A DNA stretch of 64,000 nt from Deltaproteobacteria bacterium. Lineage in GTDB: Bacteria > Desulfobacterota > Dissulfuribacteria > Dissulfuribacterales > UBA5754. The stretch lies in contig JAINCN010000031.1 in the NCBI GenBank assembly GCA_036574075.1, forward strand, positions 386 through 64,385. Direction: 5' to 3'. The translations under genes and the position numbers were made by a program. Positions 13,934 through 24,425 of the stretch are shown here, piece after piece. The notes beneath the pieces were generated by a model. The model worked only from the letters and a program-made list of their open reading frames with translations, ran no database searches and was not told the origin of the DNA. Numbering within the stretch: the stretch's first letter is position 1; every line of letters begins with the position of its first letter.

Positions 13934-15538
13934 TTAAAAATAGACCTCAAATGTCACATAGGCGTTGTCGAGCTTGTCGACCGGTGCGAATAGTTGGGCG
14001 TTCATGGGATCATCGAGTTCATCTATATCGATGGGTTTGCCGAGCCAGTTTCCGCTTCCTGTGTAATTAAACCAGTAATACTGGTAACCGGCGCGGATGA
14101 AGGCCCTTCCGTATTTGGAAAGCGGGGTCTCCGGGAGGTCCCAGATCCAGTAGATCTCGCCCACGTGACCGCGGGTCGAGAGTTTCGCCTGGTAGAGGTC
14201 GTCGGCCGCAGGCGTAAAGTTGATCCAGTACTGGGAGCCGTAGTTATACTCCAATCCGATCTTGCTGTTTAGTTGTTCGACCGGTACCCGGATGCCAGCA
14301 TATGCCGCCCATCCCCAGTGGTTCTCGTCCTCTCCGGGGTTGTTCAGAAGGCCGTAGCCACCGAAGCCCGTGCCCCGGTTGTCGGTCCTGCTGAGCCCTC
14401 CGCTCACGAACCAGTCGATGCCATTGTACTGGTGCATGAATACGCCGCTTGCGTGATAGATGTCTCCGAGCTGTCCGGTCAGAGTTCTCGGAAGCCCCCA
14501 GATGTTTTCGTTTTCAAGGATGTCGGGGATGTCTGCCGCCTTGAAGACCTGCAGATTGGCGAAGAGGTTTTCGTCCTTGTCGTCAATGACGTCCCAGCTC
14601 ACCCCGTAGAGGTCCACGTCATCAAACTTTTGCTCTCCCGGGATGTCCTTGAATCCTGACTCGTAACCCCGTCCGTAACAGACACGGACCTTGCCGGGGA
14701 AGGGGTCTTGATACATATAGCCGAGGGTTGCCCCGTCAAAGGTCCAGTCCACTCCGAGCCCCACGGGCGTGGCGTAACGTTCGTCGATGTTGAGTTTGAG
14801 GTGGAGGGGAGGTCCGTCCACGGTTGGCCTCCTTCCTACCGAGAACCAGATGGGCAGTCCCCCGATATTGGTCCAGTTCACGTATGCCATCTCCACCCTA
14901 AGGGTGTCGTCATTGGGCCTGCGGCTGATGTTTGGATCCCAGAAGAAGCCGTTGTTCCCGAAGAACGGGGATGCAGTGGCGTTTGCCGTCTCCATGCCCC
15001 AGATCTTGTACATGGCGAGCCGACCCTTGAAGGTGACATTTTCCGTGGCGTCTGCCTTGAGATTGAGCCGGAGGCGGTTGGTGTAAAGCGTGTCGTTGTC
15101 TGCGTCGTAGCCCTTGGTCTTGGAATAGCCCATGCGCTGGAGCATAGCCTCACGCTGCTCTGCGCTCATGCCGGACAGCATGGCGTTGATCTGTTCCTGT
15201 GTGTATCCCATTGCTTGGAATGCGCTCATGGCGGACAGGATCGTCTGGGCGGCCCAGTACGAATGCGTATCCGCCCTTGCGGAATCGAGCCTGAAGCGGT
15301 AGTCCCCGGACAGATCGAGTCGGCCGCTCCCTGCCTGCTCGGATAGCTCGCTCACGGTCTCCTTGGTCTCTGCTTGGGTGTTTTTGACCTCTTCAAGCTG
15401 TTTCTTGACGGTCTGTAGCTCCTTCGTAAGGCTTTCGATCCTTTTTAGGAGCTCGTCCGGGCTGGGTTGAGGAGCCGCGGATACGATTCCGGGAAAGGCG
15501 AGAGCAGATGCAGCAACGCCTGCCAAGAATTTTTTCAT
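13934..15538 (-). CDS. outer-membrane beta-barrel protein (possibly DUF3373-type porin-like)
   Basis: 534 aa with a signal peptide MKKFLAGVAASALAFPGIVSA|AP and an N-terminal coiled coil. Aromatic-rich alternating pattern, with C-terminal YVTFEVYF ending in Phe (OMP signature). The DUF name is from memory. Confidence 0.65.
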   Translation of the reverse strand: MKKFLAGVAASALAFPGIVSAAPQPSPDELLKRIESLTKELQTVKKQLEEVKNTQAETKETVSELSEQAGSGRLDLSGDYRFRLDSARADTHSYWAAQTILSAMSAFQAMGYTQEQINAMLSGMSAEQREAMLQRMGYSKTKGYDADNDTLYTNRLRLNLKADATENVTFKGRLAMYKIWGMETANATASPFFGNNGFFWDPNISRRPNDDTLRVEMAYVNWTNIGGLPIWFSVGRRPTVDGPPLHLKLNIDERYATPVGLGVDWTFDGATLGYMYQDPFPGKVRVCYGRGYESGFKDIPGEQKFDDVDLYGVSWDVIDDKDENLFANLQVFKAADIPDILENENIWGLPRTLTGQLGDIYHASGVFMHQYNGIDWFVSGGLSRTDNRGTGFGGYGLLNNPGEDENHWGWAAYAGIRVPVEQLNSKIGLEYNYGSQYWINFTPAADDLYQAKLSTRGHVGEIYWIWDLPETPLSKYGRAFIRAGYQYYWFNYTGSGNWLGKPIDIDELDDPMNAQLFAPVDKLDNAYVTFEVYF

Positions 15539-15648
15539 GTGGTACCCTCCGATTACAAGATTTCCCTCATGTGAAAAAGGATAATTTATCTTCTAAAATG
15601 GAAGATCTTGCGTGTCAAGGTGATATTCCAGGGGAAAGGCAGAGAAAA

Positions 15649-16005
15649 ATGGATTGTGCGACATTTTTGAATCGGATCAGGGAAAAGGCGGGAGGGAGTG
15701 CCGGAATGATACTCGTCCATGAGGGTATCGTAAGGGCAACGTCGCGGAACGGGACCCCGGTGGCGGGCATCGACGTGGCCGTGGATCATGATAGACTGCG
15801 TGCGATCGTTGAGGAGGCCCGAACGCGGCCAGGGATCGTCGCAGTGGAGGTCGAGGTCCGTGAAGGAAGGTTTGCCGTGGGCGAGGACATCATGCTCCTT
15901 GGAGTTGCGGGGGACGTCCGTGAAAACGTGATCCAGGTCCTTTCCGAGACCCTCGACCGGATAAAGACGGAGGCAACGAGAAAGCAGGAGCATTTCTATG
16001 GATGA
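15649..16005 (+). CDS. MoaE-like small protein
   Basis: The internal ATG at 15649 gives 118 aa. The pattern GMILVHEGIVR...IVEEARTRPGIVAVEVEVREGRFAVGEDIMLLGVAG...RIKTEATRKQEHF parallels E. coli MoaE (AVVTFTGKVR...HRIGEL.PGDEIVFVGV...PFWKRE). Confidence 0.5.
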   Translation: MDCATFLNRIREKAGGSAGMILVHEGIVRATSRNGTPVAGIDVAVDHDRLRAIVEEARTRPGIVAVEVEVREGRFAVGEDIMLLGVAGDVRENVIQVLSETLDRIKTEATRKQEHFYG

Positions 16006-16603
16006 GAAGGAGGCAAGACGGTGGATCGTGCGCGTATCGAGGCTTCTGTCGGACAGAGGCCTCGTCGCCGGCTCCGACGGGAACGTGAGCGTGCGGCTCG
16101 GCCCGGATGGCCCATTTTTGGTGACGGCGTCCGGCATCCACAAGGGCTTCCTTTCCGAGGACGACATCGTCCTTGTGGACGGCTCAGGGACGCAATCTGG
16201 GCAGGAAAAGGGCAAGGCGAGTTCCGAGTTTCCACTGCATCTTGCCCTTTACCAGGCCGATCCCGAGGCCAATGCAGTGGTGCATGCACACCCTCCCTGG
16301 ACGCTCGCCCTGTTCCTTGCCGGTCGGGGCCTTGATCCCCATCTCCTTATGGAGTCGAGGATCCTTCTTCGGGATGTTGCCCTCATCCCGTATCATCCCC
16401 CGGGAAGCGAGGCCCTGGCAAGGGCGGTCGCTGCCGAGATCCACCGGGGACCGGTTCAGGTGATGGCCCATCATGGGGCAGTTTCTCGCGCCGATACGTT
16501 GGAAAAGGCCCTCTCGTTCATGGAGTGCCTCGAGCATTCGGCAAAGGTCACGCTCCTTGCGCACATGATCGGAGAGCCTTTACCATTGCCGGGCGAGGGC
16601 TGA
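15998..16603 (+). CDS. class II aldolase/adducin-family protein
   Basis: 201 aa with GSDGNVSVRL, SSEFPLHLALY and AVVHAHPPW motifs typical of the fuculose-phosphate aldolase / MTRu-1-P dehydratase fold. Confidence 0.8.
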   Translation: MDEKEARRWIVRVSRLLSDRGLVAGSDGNVSVRLGPDGPFLVTASGIHKGFLSEDDIVLVDGSGTQSGQEKGKASSEFPLHLALYQADPEANAVVHAHPPWTLALFLAGRGLDPHLLMESRILLRDVALIPYHPPGSEALARAVAAEIHRGPVQVMAHHGAVSRADTLEKALSFMECLEHSAKVTLLAHMIGEPLPLPGEG

Positions 16604-17461
16604 CATGGGGATGAGTCTTCCTCTGGTCCCATCCAGCACATATTCCCCCCCGAGGAGGAGTGGGTGATTTTCAGGTCCGTGGCCGCACGGCAGGTCGGAG
16701 ACGATGGGTATGCAAAGGCCTGAAAGGCGTTCCAGGATCACCTCGGTCACTGTCTTTTGTTCGCGGCTGTCTTCAGAGAAGGTGCCTAATGCCACGCCAC
16801 GGATTCGGGAGAGCCTGCCCGCTAAGAGGAGATGGGTCATCATGCGGTCGATTCGGTATGGTGCCTCGTGTGTGTCCTCGAGAAAGAGGATGGCGTCATC
16901 CCAGGTCGGGGCGAAGTCGGTCCCGACGAGATGTGTCAGACAGGTCAGGTTGCCGCCGACGAGCCGTCCGCGGACAGTGCCAGGGCTGCAGGGTGTGCCA
17001 GTGAGAATGGGAAGCGTCCCCGCGGCGAGAAACATCCTGAGCGATCGTCGGGTCTCTTCTGAACTGCGGGAAAGCGTGGTGACGAGTGGGGCATGGAGGG
17101 AGGGGAATCCATGCCGGAGATAGACCGAGTGCAGGACAGTAACATCACTGAAGCCTATGAGTAGCGGAGGGCGGCAGACGGGCCACTCGATCCTGTTGGC
17201 CCATCGAAGTGCCCCGTATCCCCCTCGGACTGCCCATATTGCGTCTATGTCTGGACGTGCCATGAGCTGTGAAAATGCCGATGCCTGCGCGTTGTCCGCA
17301 CCTGCGAGGTAGGGAAAAGGCGCAGGCGATCCACATGACCGGGGCACAAGTGTGATGGCTGGGAATTCCCCAGCTATTATGGCCTCCGCCTCCTCCATTG
17401 CATCCTGTGTGGAAGGGCTCGAGGTCTCGAAAAGGGCTATGGTGATACCGGGTCCGGTCAT
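16580..17461 (-). CDS. LD-carboxypeptidase (peptidase S66, LdcA-like)
   Basis: 293 aa with a nucleophile-Ser motif GFSDVTVLH and C-terminal CGHGPENHPLLLG. Confidence 0.8.
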   Translation of the reverse strand: MTGPGITIALFETSSPSTQDAMEEAEAIIAGEFPAITLVPRSCGSPAPFPYLAGADNAQASAFSQLMARPDIDAIWAVRGGYGALRWANRIEWPVCRPPLLIGFSDVTVLHSVYLRHGFPSLHAPLVTTLSRSSEETRRSLRMFLAAGTLPILTGTPCSPGTVRGRLVGGNLTCLTHLVGTDFAPTWDDAILFLEDTHEAPYRIDRMMTHLLLAGRLSRIRGVALGTFSEDSREQKTVTEVILERLSGLCIPIVSDLPCGHGPENHPLLLGGEYVLDGTRGRLIPMSALARQW

Positions 17462-17549
17462 GGTATCCGTTTGGGGGTTCCCTTGACTTTACAGGGCGTA
17501 TAGTTACCTTGATTCGTGTTTTTTAATAAAAAAAATACGGAATGCGTGC

Positions 17550-18503
17550 ATGACAGATCATAAAGACTACTACAAGATACTCGGGGTTTCGAAGACCGCC
17601 ACCCCGGATGAGATCAAGAAGGCCTTTCGAAAACTCGCCCTCAAATATCACCCGGACCGGAACAAGGGGGACAAGGCTGCCGAGGAGAAATTCAAGGAAG
17701 TAAATGAGGCCTATGCCGTTCTAAGCGATGCTGAGAAGAGGAAACAGTATGATTCCTTCGGTTCGGCCGAGTTCCACAGGAAGTTTTCCCAGGACGACAT
17801 CTTTCGAGATTTCGACCTGGGAAACATCTTCAGGGATCTCGGTGTCGGCGGAGACGCCTTCGGCCGTATCTTCACCGGAGGAAGGGGTGGGAGAACCGTC
17901 CAGTTCGACGACCTCTTTTCCCACATCTTCGGGACACAGGGGGCCGGATTCGGCCCAGCCTATTCCAGGGAATTCACCCAGGCCAGTCCGCCTGGGCAGG
18001 ATGTGGAACTTACCCTTCGACTCACGCCCAAGGAGCTCATCATGGGGGCGGAGAAGATCGTTTCCCTTTCAACAGGGGGCGTTCCTGAACGGGTCTCTGT
18101 TCGAATCCCCAAGGCAATGAGCCCTGGCAAAAGGATCCGTGTGGCGGGTAAGGGAGCGCCTGGCCCCGGCGGGCGGGGGGATCTCTACCTCATCCTCGAC
18201 GTAAAGGAAGAAGGCGGGGTCCACATTACGGGTTCTGACGCCGAAATAGAGCATGCCATCCGTTTTTCAGATGCATGTCTTGGCGTAGAGACCGAGGTAG
18301 AGACCCTCGAGGGGGGAAAGGTGAGCCTCAAGATCCCGCCTGGCACGGGATCGGGCAGACGGCTTCGCCTGAGAGGAAAGGGCCTTCCGCTTCCCTCAGG
18401 TGGGCGGGGGGATCTCTACATTCGAGTAGTGATTGCAGTCCCGAAGCGGCTCACCGCAAGGCAGGAGGAGCTCATTCGGCAGTGCCGCGAGGCGGGGCTG
18501 TGA
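17550..18503 (+). CDS. DnaJ-domain co-chaperone without zinc-finger (CbpA-like)
   Basis: 317 aa with a J-domain (DYYKILGV...YHPDRNKGD) and a G/F-rich linker. Two C-terminal beta domains and no CxxCxGxG repeats. Confidence 0.85.
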   Translation: MTDHKDYYKILGVSKTATPDEIKKAFRKLALKYHPDRNKGDKAAEEKFKEVNEAYAVLSDAEKRKQYDSFGSAEFHRKFSQDDIFRDFDLGNIFRDLGVGGDAFGRIFTGGRGGRTVQFDDLFSHIFGTQGAGFGPAYSREFTQASPPGQDVELTLRLTPKELIMGAEKIVSLSTGGVPERVSVRIPKAMSPGKRIRVAGKGAPGPGGRGDLYLILDVKEEGGVHITGSDAEIEHAIRFSDACLGVETEVETLEGGKVSLKIPPGTGSGRRLRLRGKGLPLPSGGRGDLYIRVVIAVPKRLTARQEELIRQCREAGL

Positions 18504-19896
18504 CAGCGTGCGCCTCCAGGTAGCGTTTCACCGCGGCTGCATCCGCATCCAGGATTTCGCACCTCCTGGGGCGCTTTTCCAGGTCTTTTAGTGCAGCCGG
18601 CCTTTCGGGTTCCTTTCCGATGGCCTTTTTGACCGCTTCAGGGAACTTGGCCGGATGGGCTGTCGCAAGGCATACGAGATGACCTGGGGGGAGCTCAGGG
18701 GCAAGGCGTCTTCCGGCCGCCACCCCCACGGCCGTGTGTGGGTCCATCACATATCCCGTTTCCTGGTAAAGATCCCGAATGGCGGCCACAGTAGCTGCCT
18801 GGTCAATGGTCGCTGAGGAGAAATCCTCGCGGATCCGGGTCCGTTCCTCCTGGTCGAAAACGATCTCCCCGCGTTTTTCAAAACCATCCATGGCCGTTCG
18901 GACCCGTTCGGGATCCCCGTTATAAAGATAGTAGAGGTACCGTTCGAAATTGCTCGCCACCTGGATGTCCATGGACGGGCTCATGGTCGGGACGACAGTC
19001 CCCTTCACGTAGCGGCCTTCGAGAACGAAACGGGTCAAGATGTTGTTTTCGTTGGTGGCAAGTATCAGCCTTCCTATTCTGGGGCGGATGAGACGCCGGG
19101 CCACGTAGCCTGCGAATATGTCTCCGAAGTTGCCGGTTGGCACGGAAAAATGCACCGTCTCGGCGCCCTGCTCGCGGCCGAGCTTGAGTGCTGCGTATAC
19201 ATAATAGACCACTTGGGCAAGGACCCGCGCCCAGTTGATGGAATTGATGGCCCCAAGGCGGAATCGCGCCTTGAAGTCCAGATCCCGGAAGATGGATTTC
19301 ACTATGGCCTGGCAATCGTCGAAGGTCCCGCGTATGGCGATATTGAAGACGTTTCGGTCGGTCACCGTGGTCATCTGGAGGGCCTGGACCTCGCTTACCC
19401 TCCCGTGCGGATGGAGGATGAAGATATGGATGTTATCCTTGCCCTTGACCCCGTATATGGCCGCGCTCCCCGTGTCCCCAGAGGTCGCCCCGAGGATGTT
19501 CATGGTGGTCTTTCTCTGGGAGAGCAGGCAGGAAAAAAGGTTTCCGAGAAACTGGAGGGCGATGTCCTTGAAGGCAAAGGTGGGGCCGTGAAAGAGCTCG
19601 AGGATGGAAAATCCGTTCATACCCACTAAGGGCGTGACATCGGGCGTGTCGAAGGCGGAGTAGGCGTTTTCCACCAGCTCCTTGAGTTTTTCGCTGGGTA
19701 TGTCATCCAGGAAGAGACCCATGATCTCTCGGGCGAGTTCGGGGTAGGAGAGGGTTTCCCATCGCGAGATGGTCTTGGCGTCAGGCCTCGGGTAGTGCAC
19801 AGGAAGGAGGAGTCCGCCGTCCTGGGCAAGGCCCATCATGACGGCCTCGGTGAAGGGAATGGGGTCGATAAGCCCCCGCGTACTCAGATATCGCAT
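18472..19896 (-). CDS. thrC: threonine synthase (long form)
   Basis: 474 aa with the PLP-lysine motif [12 protein letters not shown] and [10 protein letters not shown]. Confidence 0.93.
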   Translation of the reverse strand: MRYLSTRGLIDPIPFTEAVMMGLAQDGGLLLPVHYPRPDAKTISRWETLSYPELAREIMGLFLDDIPSEKLKELVENAYSAFDTPDVTPLVGMNGFSILELFHGPTFAFKDIALQFLGNLFSCLLSQRKTTMNILGATSGDTGSAAIYGVKGKDNIHIFILHPHGRVSEVQALQMTTVTDRNVFNIAIRGTFDDCQAIVKSIFRDLDFKARFRLGAINSINWARVLAQVVYYVYAALKLGREQGAETVHFSVPTGNFGDIFAGYVARRLIRPRIGRLILATNENNILTRFVLEGRYVKGTVVPTMSPSMDIQVASNFERYLYYLYNGDPERVRTAMDGFEKRGEIVFDQEERTRIREDFSSATIDQAATVAAIRDLYQETGYVMDPHTAVGVAAGRRLAPELPPGHLVCLATAHPAKFPEAVKKAIGKEPERPAALKDLEKRPRRCEILDADAAAVKRYLEAHAVTAPPRGTAE

Positions 19897-19928
19897 GGTT
19901 TTTCGCGGTTTCGGGCAGGTCGAATGGC

Positions 19929-20123
19929 TCAGGGTGCCATGGGTTCGAGGACGATCCGGTGCTTAAGAAGGTCGATGGTCGCGATCCTGGCCTTGACGAC
20001 CTTGGGGGACTCGAGGAATCCCTGGATCTTTACGCCTTCGTCACATGGTTCGACAAGGATGGCATCCTTGAGGATCGGCTCCTCCACCCCGCCCTTTCTC
20101 AGATATATTGTGGATTGACACAT
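19929..20123 (-). CDS. CooT-family nickel-binding protein
   Basis: 64 aa starting with MC (the Cys2 ligand). The overall pattern MCxxxxYL...V..I..IDLL...I.L resembles R. rubrum CooT as I recall it. Confidence 0.55.
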   Translation of the reverse strand: MCQSTIYLRKGGVEEPILKDAILVEPCDEGVKIQGFLESPKVVKARIATIDLLKHRIVLEPMAP

Positions 20124-20238
20124 GGTATTGAGGTCCTTTTCTGATTGACGTAGAGTATCTGTTAAAGAAGATAATTTATTCCGTTTTTTCCATCAATCGC
20201 CCCCTTATGCGAGGGGCGCCGAAGGGAGGATCTGAAAC

Positions 20239-21507
20239 ATGGCGGAGATCACGGATATCAGCGCAATCGAGATACTCGATTCACGGGGATTTCCCACGGT
20301 CAGGACCGTTGTGGAGCTGGATGATGGGAGCATTGGGGCGGCCTCCGTTCCTTCCGGGGCCTCGACGGGTGAAAACGAGGCCGTCGAACTCAGGGACGGT
20401 GACGCGAGACGTTACTCAGGCAAGGGGGTCTTGAAGGCCGTCATGAACGTGGAGGAAATCATCGCCCCCCGGCTTCTCGGAATGGACCCTACGCGCCAGC
20501 GCGAGATCGACGACATCATGATCGAGCTGGATGGAACCCCTACGAAAAGTGTCCTGGGGGCCAACGCCATACTTTCCGTCTCCATGGCGGTCGCCCGCGC
20601 CGCTGCCCGGAGTCTGGGACTCCCCCTTTATAGTTATCTCGGCGGTGTGGGGGCGGTGAGGATCCCCGTTCCCATGATGAACATCCTGAACGGTGGAAAG
20701 CACGCGGACTGCAGCGTGGATTTCCAGGAGTTCATGATCATGCCTCACGGTTTTGGGACCTTTGCCGAGGCGATCAGGGCCGGGGCCGAGACCTTCCACT
20801 CCCTTAAGGCGATCCTCAAAGAAAAGGGATATTCCACAGCGGTGGGCGACGAGGGAGGGTTTTCCCCCAATCTGACGAGCAACGAGGAACCCTGTGAGCT
20901 TATCGTACAGGCCATCGAACGGGCAGGGTACCGTCCGGGAGACGAGGTCGCCATAGCGCTGGATCCTGCTGCAAGCTCCTTTTTCTCGAACGGTAAGTAT
21001 CGACTTGACCGATCTGGCAGCGGCGAAAAGACCAGTCAGGAGATGGTCGAGCTCTTCAAGGATTGGGTCAGGAGATATCCCATCGTCTCCATCGAGGACG
21101 GCCTTGCCGAGAATGACTGGGAAGGGTTTAAGAGCATCACGGCCGAGATCGGCGACCGTGTTCAGATCGTGGGAGACGATCTCTTCGTCACCAACACGGC
21201 ATTTATCGCCAGGGGCATCGAAGAAAATGCGGCAAATGCCGTTCTTATCAAGCTCAATCAGATCGGTACGGTGAGCGAGACGATCGATGCCATCCGGATG
21301 TGCCGTAAGGCAGGATGGAATTACGTAATCTCCCACCGGTCGGGCGAGACGGAGGACGCCTTCATCGCCGACTTTGCCGTGGCCATGGACGGATGCCAGA
21401 TCAAGACCGGTTCCGCCAGCAGGAGTGAACGCCTCGCCAAATACAACCGCCTCATCGAGATCGAGGCGGAACTCGGGGCCTCTGCCCGTTACGAAAGCCC
21501 CCTGTAG
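20239..21507 (+). CDS. eno: enolase
   Basis: 422 aa with [25 protein letters not shown] and SHRSGETED motifs. Confidence 0.99.
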   Translation: MAEITDISAIEILDSRGFPTVRTVVELDDGSIGAASVPSGASTGENEAVELRDGDARRYSGKGVLKAVMNVEEIIAPRLLGMDPTRQREIDDIMIELDGTPTKSVLGANAILSVSMAVARAAARSLGLPLYSYLGGVGAVRIPVPMMNILNGGKHADCSVDFQEFMIMPHGFGTFAEAIRAGAETFHSLKAILKEKGYSTAVGDEGGFSPNLTSNEEPCELIVQAIERAGYRPGDEVAIALDPAASSFFSNGKYRLDRSGSGEKTSQEMVELFKDWVRRYPIVSIEDGLAENDWEGFKSITAEIGDRVQIVGDDLFVTNTAFIARGIEENAANAVLIKLNQIGTVSETIDAIRMCRKAGWNYVISHRSGETEDAFIADFAVAMDGCQIKTGSASRSERLAKYNRLIEIEAELGASARYESPL

Positions 21508-21627
21508 TCTTGGCGAAGGCCGCAATGGGACCTCGAAAAGGCCGTGTTCGCGGTCCCCTCAAAGTTCTTCGACAACGATGGTTCCACTCAACTTGACCTC
21601 CTTGCCGTTGTCGTCGATGAACGAGAT

Positions 21628-21801
21628 CCTGAATCCGTGAGATATGCACTCAACCTTTCGATTTCACAGTATAAGCCTACGGCTGGGGTATTTGTGGAGT
21701 GAGGCGCCCATGGACGGGCGCCGTCGGCAAATCTGCCCCCATGGACGGGGGCTATTTGCCGCACGGAACAAATACCCCAGCCGTAGGCTCACGGATTCAG
21801 G
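21628..21801 (+). mobile_element. MITE-like repeat, copy 2 (174 bp)
   Basis: Same TIRs and architecture as copy 1. Flanked by direct GAGAT (21623-21627 and 21802-21806). Confidence 0.85.
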
Positions 21802-22019
21802 GAGATGTAACCCCCCTGTATCTCGATCTTGAATCGCCCTTCCCATTCCCGAATGACGCGGCCGTTCATGTCGTAAAGTGTGATCTTGCGCTTGAGTCCG
21901 ATGATGTCGGACTTGATGTGCTTGATCTCCTTGCGCTGCTTTTCCGTGCACGCGGGGATCCCGAAGGCGATGGCAAGACCGAGGACCGCGCTGATGATCA
22001 GTCGCATAGCCGCCTTCAT
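21789..22019 (-). CDS. small lipoprotein, C-terminus supplied by MITE copy 2
   Basis: 76 aa with a signal peptide and lipobox (LAIAFGIPAC). The ATG overlaps the iorB stop (ATGA). The last 4 codons and the TGA stop (21789-21801) lie inside the MITE TIR. Confidence 0.6.
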   Translation of the reverse strand: MKAAMRLIISAVLGLAIAFGIPACTEKQRKEIKHIKSDIIGLKRKITLYDMNGRVIREWEGRFKIEIQGGYISLNP

Positions 22020-22603
22020 TGCACCTGGACGAGGCCCTTGTCGAAGGCTGCCAGGTTCACATCCACGAGTTTCGGTTTTATACGGCGCCGAATGGTCTCC
22101 CGAAGGGACTCTGGCCCCAGGGGAAGAAGCCCGGTCGCACAGAGGGTGCCGAGAAGGACCACATTGAGCGTCTTGGTGGATCCGGCCTCCCGAGCTACTG
22201 CCTCGGCATCATAGGCAATGACCTTGCGGAAGGTGGAGCCCATGAATTCCAGCCAGCGGGGGACGTCGGGATATTCGGCTTGGCCTAAGGTAACGGTGAT
22301 GGGAGGGATGGGGGCGGTGTTCGTGACGATAACGGTGTCAGCCGAGCAGAAACGGAGGGCACGCAGGGTCTCGAGGGGCTCGAAGCCCACGAGCAGGTCG
22401 GCCTCTCCCTCTGCGATGATCGGACTTTCGATCCCGCCGAGCATGACCGTGGATTCCACAACGCCTCCCCGTTGGGCCATGCCGTGGACCTCGCTCACCC
22501 GGACCGGGATACCAGCCGACATGGCGGCCTCACCGAGGAGGCGTGAGGCGAGAAGAGTACCCTGGCCGCCTACACCGGTAAAGAGGATGCGCATGCGTAT
22601 CAT
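22016..22603 (-). CDS. iorB: indolepyruvate:ferredoxin oxidoreductase subunit beta
   Basis: 195 aa with N-terminal ILFTGVGGQGTLLASRLLG (2-oxoacid:Fd oxidoreductase gamma-type domain). Overlaps the iorA stop. Confidence 0.85.
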   Translation of the reverse strand: MIRMRILFTGVGGQGTLLASRLLGEAAMSAGIPVRVSEVHGMAQRGGVVESTVMLGGIESPIIAEGEADLLVGFEPLETLRALRFCSADTVIVTNTAPIPPITVTLGQAEYPDVPRWLEFMGSTFRKVIAYDAEAVAREAGSTKTLNVVLLGTLCATGLLPLGPESLRETIRRRIKPKLVDVNLAAFDKGLVQVQ

Positions 22604-24357
22604 GTCCGGTCTTCCCCCTTGTCATCGGCCCTTGTCTGTTCCGTAATATGGGGCCTTTTTTGTGTTTTTCCCTCCATCCTTTTGAGATACAGGATGCATG
22701 GGGCCTCGGAGATGATGACGGAAAGTTCGTCCTTTGCAAATATCTCCAGAACGGTCTCCACGGCCTCTTTTTTCTTGTATGGATTTATGACGGCAAGATT
22801 TCGTACCCCGCATGCCCTGACAATGGCCTCGATAGAGATCCTCGGGTGCCTTTCGCTGTAGCCGGGCGGGGTAAGTCTGATGCCCGGGTTGGGTTGGTGA
22901 CCGGTCATGGCGGTTGTGCCGTTGTCGAGGATCACGAGACAGAACCGGTGACCATTGTGCACGGCGTTGACGAGGGATGGAATGCCGGAGTGGAAGAAAG
23001 TGGAATCCCCTATGAAGGAGACGACCTTCTTGTCCATGGATAGGGAGAATCCCGCTGACGACCCGATGCTCGAACCCATGCAGAGGAGGTAATCCGCCAT
23101 CTGTATTGGTGGAAGCAGACCAAGGGTGTAGCACCCGATATCCGTGGGAAAGATCGTCTGCTCCAAGAGTCCGAGGCGTGAGAGCGCCTCCTTGATGACA
23201 CCGTATGTCTCCGTATGAGGGCAACCCTTGCAGAGGAACGGAGGGCGCTGGGGAAGGGAGGGGAGTGCACCCAGGTCCGGGAGGGGGGGGGAGGGGAAAT
23301 CCAGTGAAAGGATCCGGCAGATCGCCTCTTCCACGATTCTGGGCGTCAGCTCGTAAAGCCGCGGGATATGGCCGCTCGCCTTTCCGAAGATGGGAAGGGT
23401 AAGCCCCATCTCCTGGGCAACGACCTTGATAGTGTTTTCTTGAAAAGGTTCTAGCTCCTCCACCACTAGGACCTGATCGAGACCCGCGAGAAAAGCACGA
23501 ACGAGATCTCGGGGCTGAGGATATACGAATCCAAGGCGGAGAAACCGGACTCGATCAAAAAGATGGAGTTCTTCTAGGATATCAGCCACATAGCAGGCCG
23601 AGACCCCGGTGGCGATGATCCCGGTTTTGCCGCTACCGGAAAGCGTGTTGAACCTGGAGGTATTGGCCAGACGACGCGCCTTTTCGAACTGATCGAGGAG
23701 GACCTTGTGGCGGGTGCGTGCCACTGCAGGGACGGCGACCCACCTCATGGGGGCCTTCTCGAAGTGGCCCCGGATCTTTTTGGTTTTGGGGATGTTGCCG
23801 AGTTTGACAGGTCCCCGGACATGCGCCGTCCTTGTTGTGATTCTAAGGATAACCGGGAGCTCAAGGGCCTCAGAGAGATCGAATGCCTCCATGGTCATGT
23901 CCTTGGCCTCCTGGGGGGAGGTGGGCTCGAGAACGGGCAGGGATGCCATCTGGGCGTAAAAACGGTTGTCCTGTTCGTTCTGACTCGAATGGAGCGAGGG
24001 ATCATCGGCGCAGACGATCACCATGCCACCCTTGGTCCCCATGTAGGCCAATGTCATGAGGACATCGGATGCGACGTTCATCCCCACGTGCTTCATGGAG
24101 GTCAGTGTCCGGAGGCCAGCTGCAGAAGCCGCTGCCGTGACCTCCATAGCGACCTTTTCATTGACAGAGAACTCGAAATAGATGTCGGATGAGGGATCCT
24201 GGGCGATCTGGAAGAGGTTGTTTCCGATCTCAGAGGATGGGGTCCCAGGATATGCCGCGGAGACGGCAAGTCCTGCCTCGATAGCCCCGCGCACGATGGC
24301 CTCGTTGCTGAGGAGAAGCATGAATCTGCCGGGATCATTGGTGAGAAGTTCGTGCAT
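22600..24357 (-). CDS. iorA: indolepyruvate:ferredoxin oxidoreductase subunit alpha (TPP-binding)
   Basis: 585 aa with an N-terminal pyrimidine-binding domain (GNEA-type LLLSNEAIVRGAIEAG, YPGTPSSE) and a TPP motif GDSTFFHSG...NG. I could not see a C-terminal 2x[4Fe-4S] CxxCxxCxxxC segment. Confidence 0.85.
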   Translation of the reverse strand: MHELLTNDPGRFMLLLSNEAIVRGAIEAGLAVSAAYPGTPSSEIGNNLFQIAQDPSSDIYFEFSVNEKVAMEVTAAASAAGLRTLTSMKHVGMNVASDVLMTLAYMGTKGGMVIVCADDPSLHSSQNEQDNRFYAQMASLPVLEPTSPQEAKDMTMEAFDLSEALELPVILRITTRTAHVRGPVKLGNIPKTKKIRGHFEKAPMRWVAVPAVARTRHKVLLDQFEKARRLANTSRFNTLSGSGKTGIIATGVSACYVADILEELHLFDRVRFLRLGFVYPQPRDLVRAFLAGLDQVLVVEELEPFQENTIKVVAQEMGLTLPIFGKASGHIPRLYELTPRIVEEAICRILSLDFPSPPLPDLGALPSLPQRPPFLCKGCPHTETYGVIKEALSRLGLLEQTIFPTDIGCYTLGLLPPIQMADYLLCMGSSIGSSAGFSLSMDKKVVSFIGDSTFFHSGIPSLVNAVHNGHRFCLVILDNGTTAMTGHQPNPGIRLTPPGYSERHPRISIEAIVRACGVRNLAVINPYKKKEAVETVLEIFAKDELSVIISEAPCILYLKRMEGKTQKRPHITEQTRADDKGEDRT

Positions 24358-24425
24358 GAAGTTTTCCTTTCTTCCCGCTGTTCATGAGGCGTTTTGTCGA
24401 CATCATGGCTGCCTTATCTTCATCA

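Noticed and set aside
17483-17510. TTGACT ... TATAGT upstream of the DnaJ-like gene, considered as a sigma-70 promoter. CIRCE and sigma-32 motifs were also looked for.
   Set aside because: The hexamer spacing is only 10 nt against the canonical 17 nt. No CIRCE inverted repeat or sigma-32 consensus is present.
22600-24357. Possible truncation of iorA, because I could not find the C-terminal 2x[4Fe-4S] ferredoxin-like segment.
   Set aside because: The ORF ends in a clean ATGA overlap with iorB, and no Cys-rich frame follows. I cannot exclude that short IorA forms are normal in this lineage, so it is not flagged as a pseudogene.
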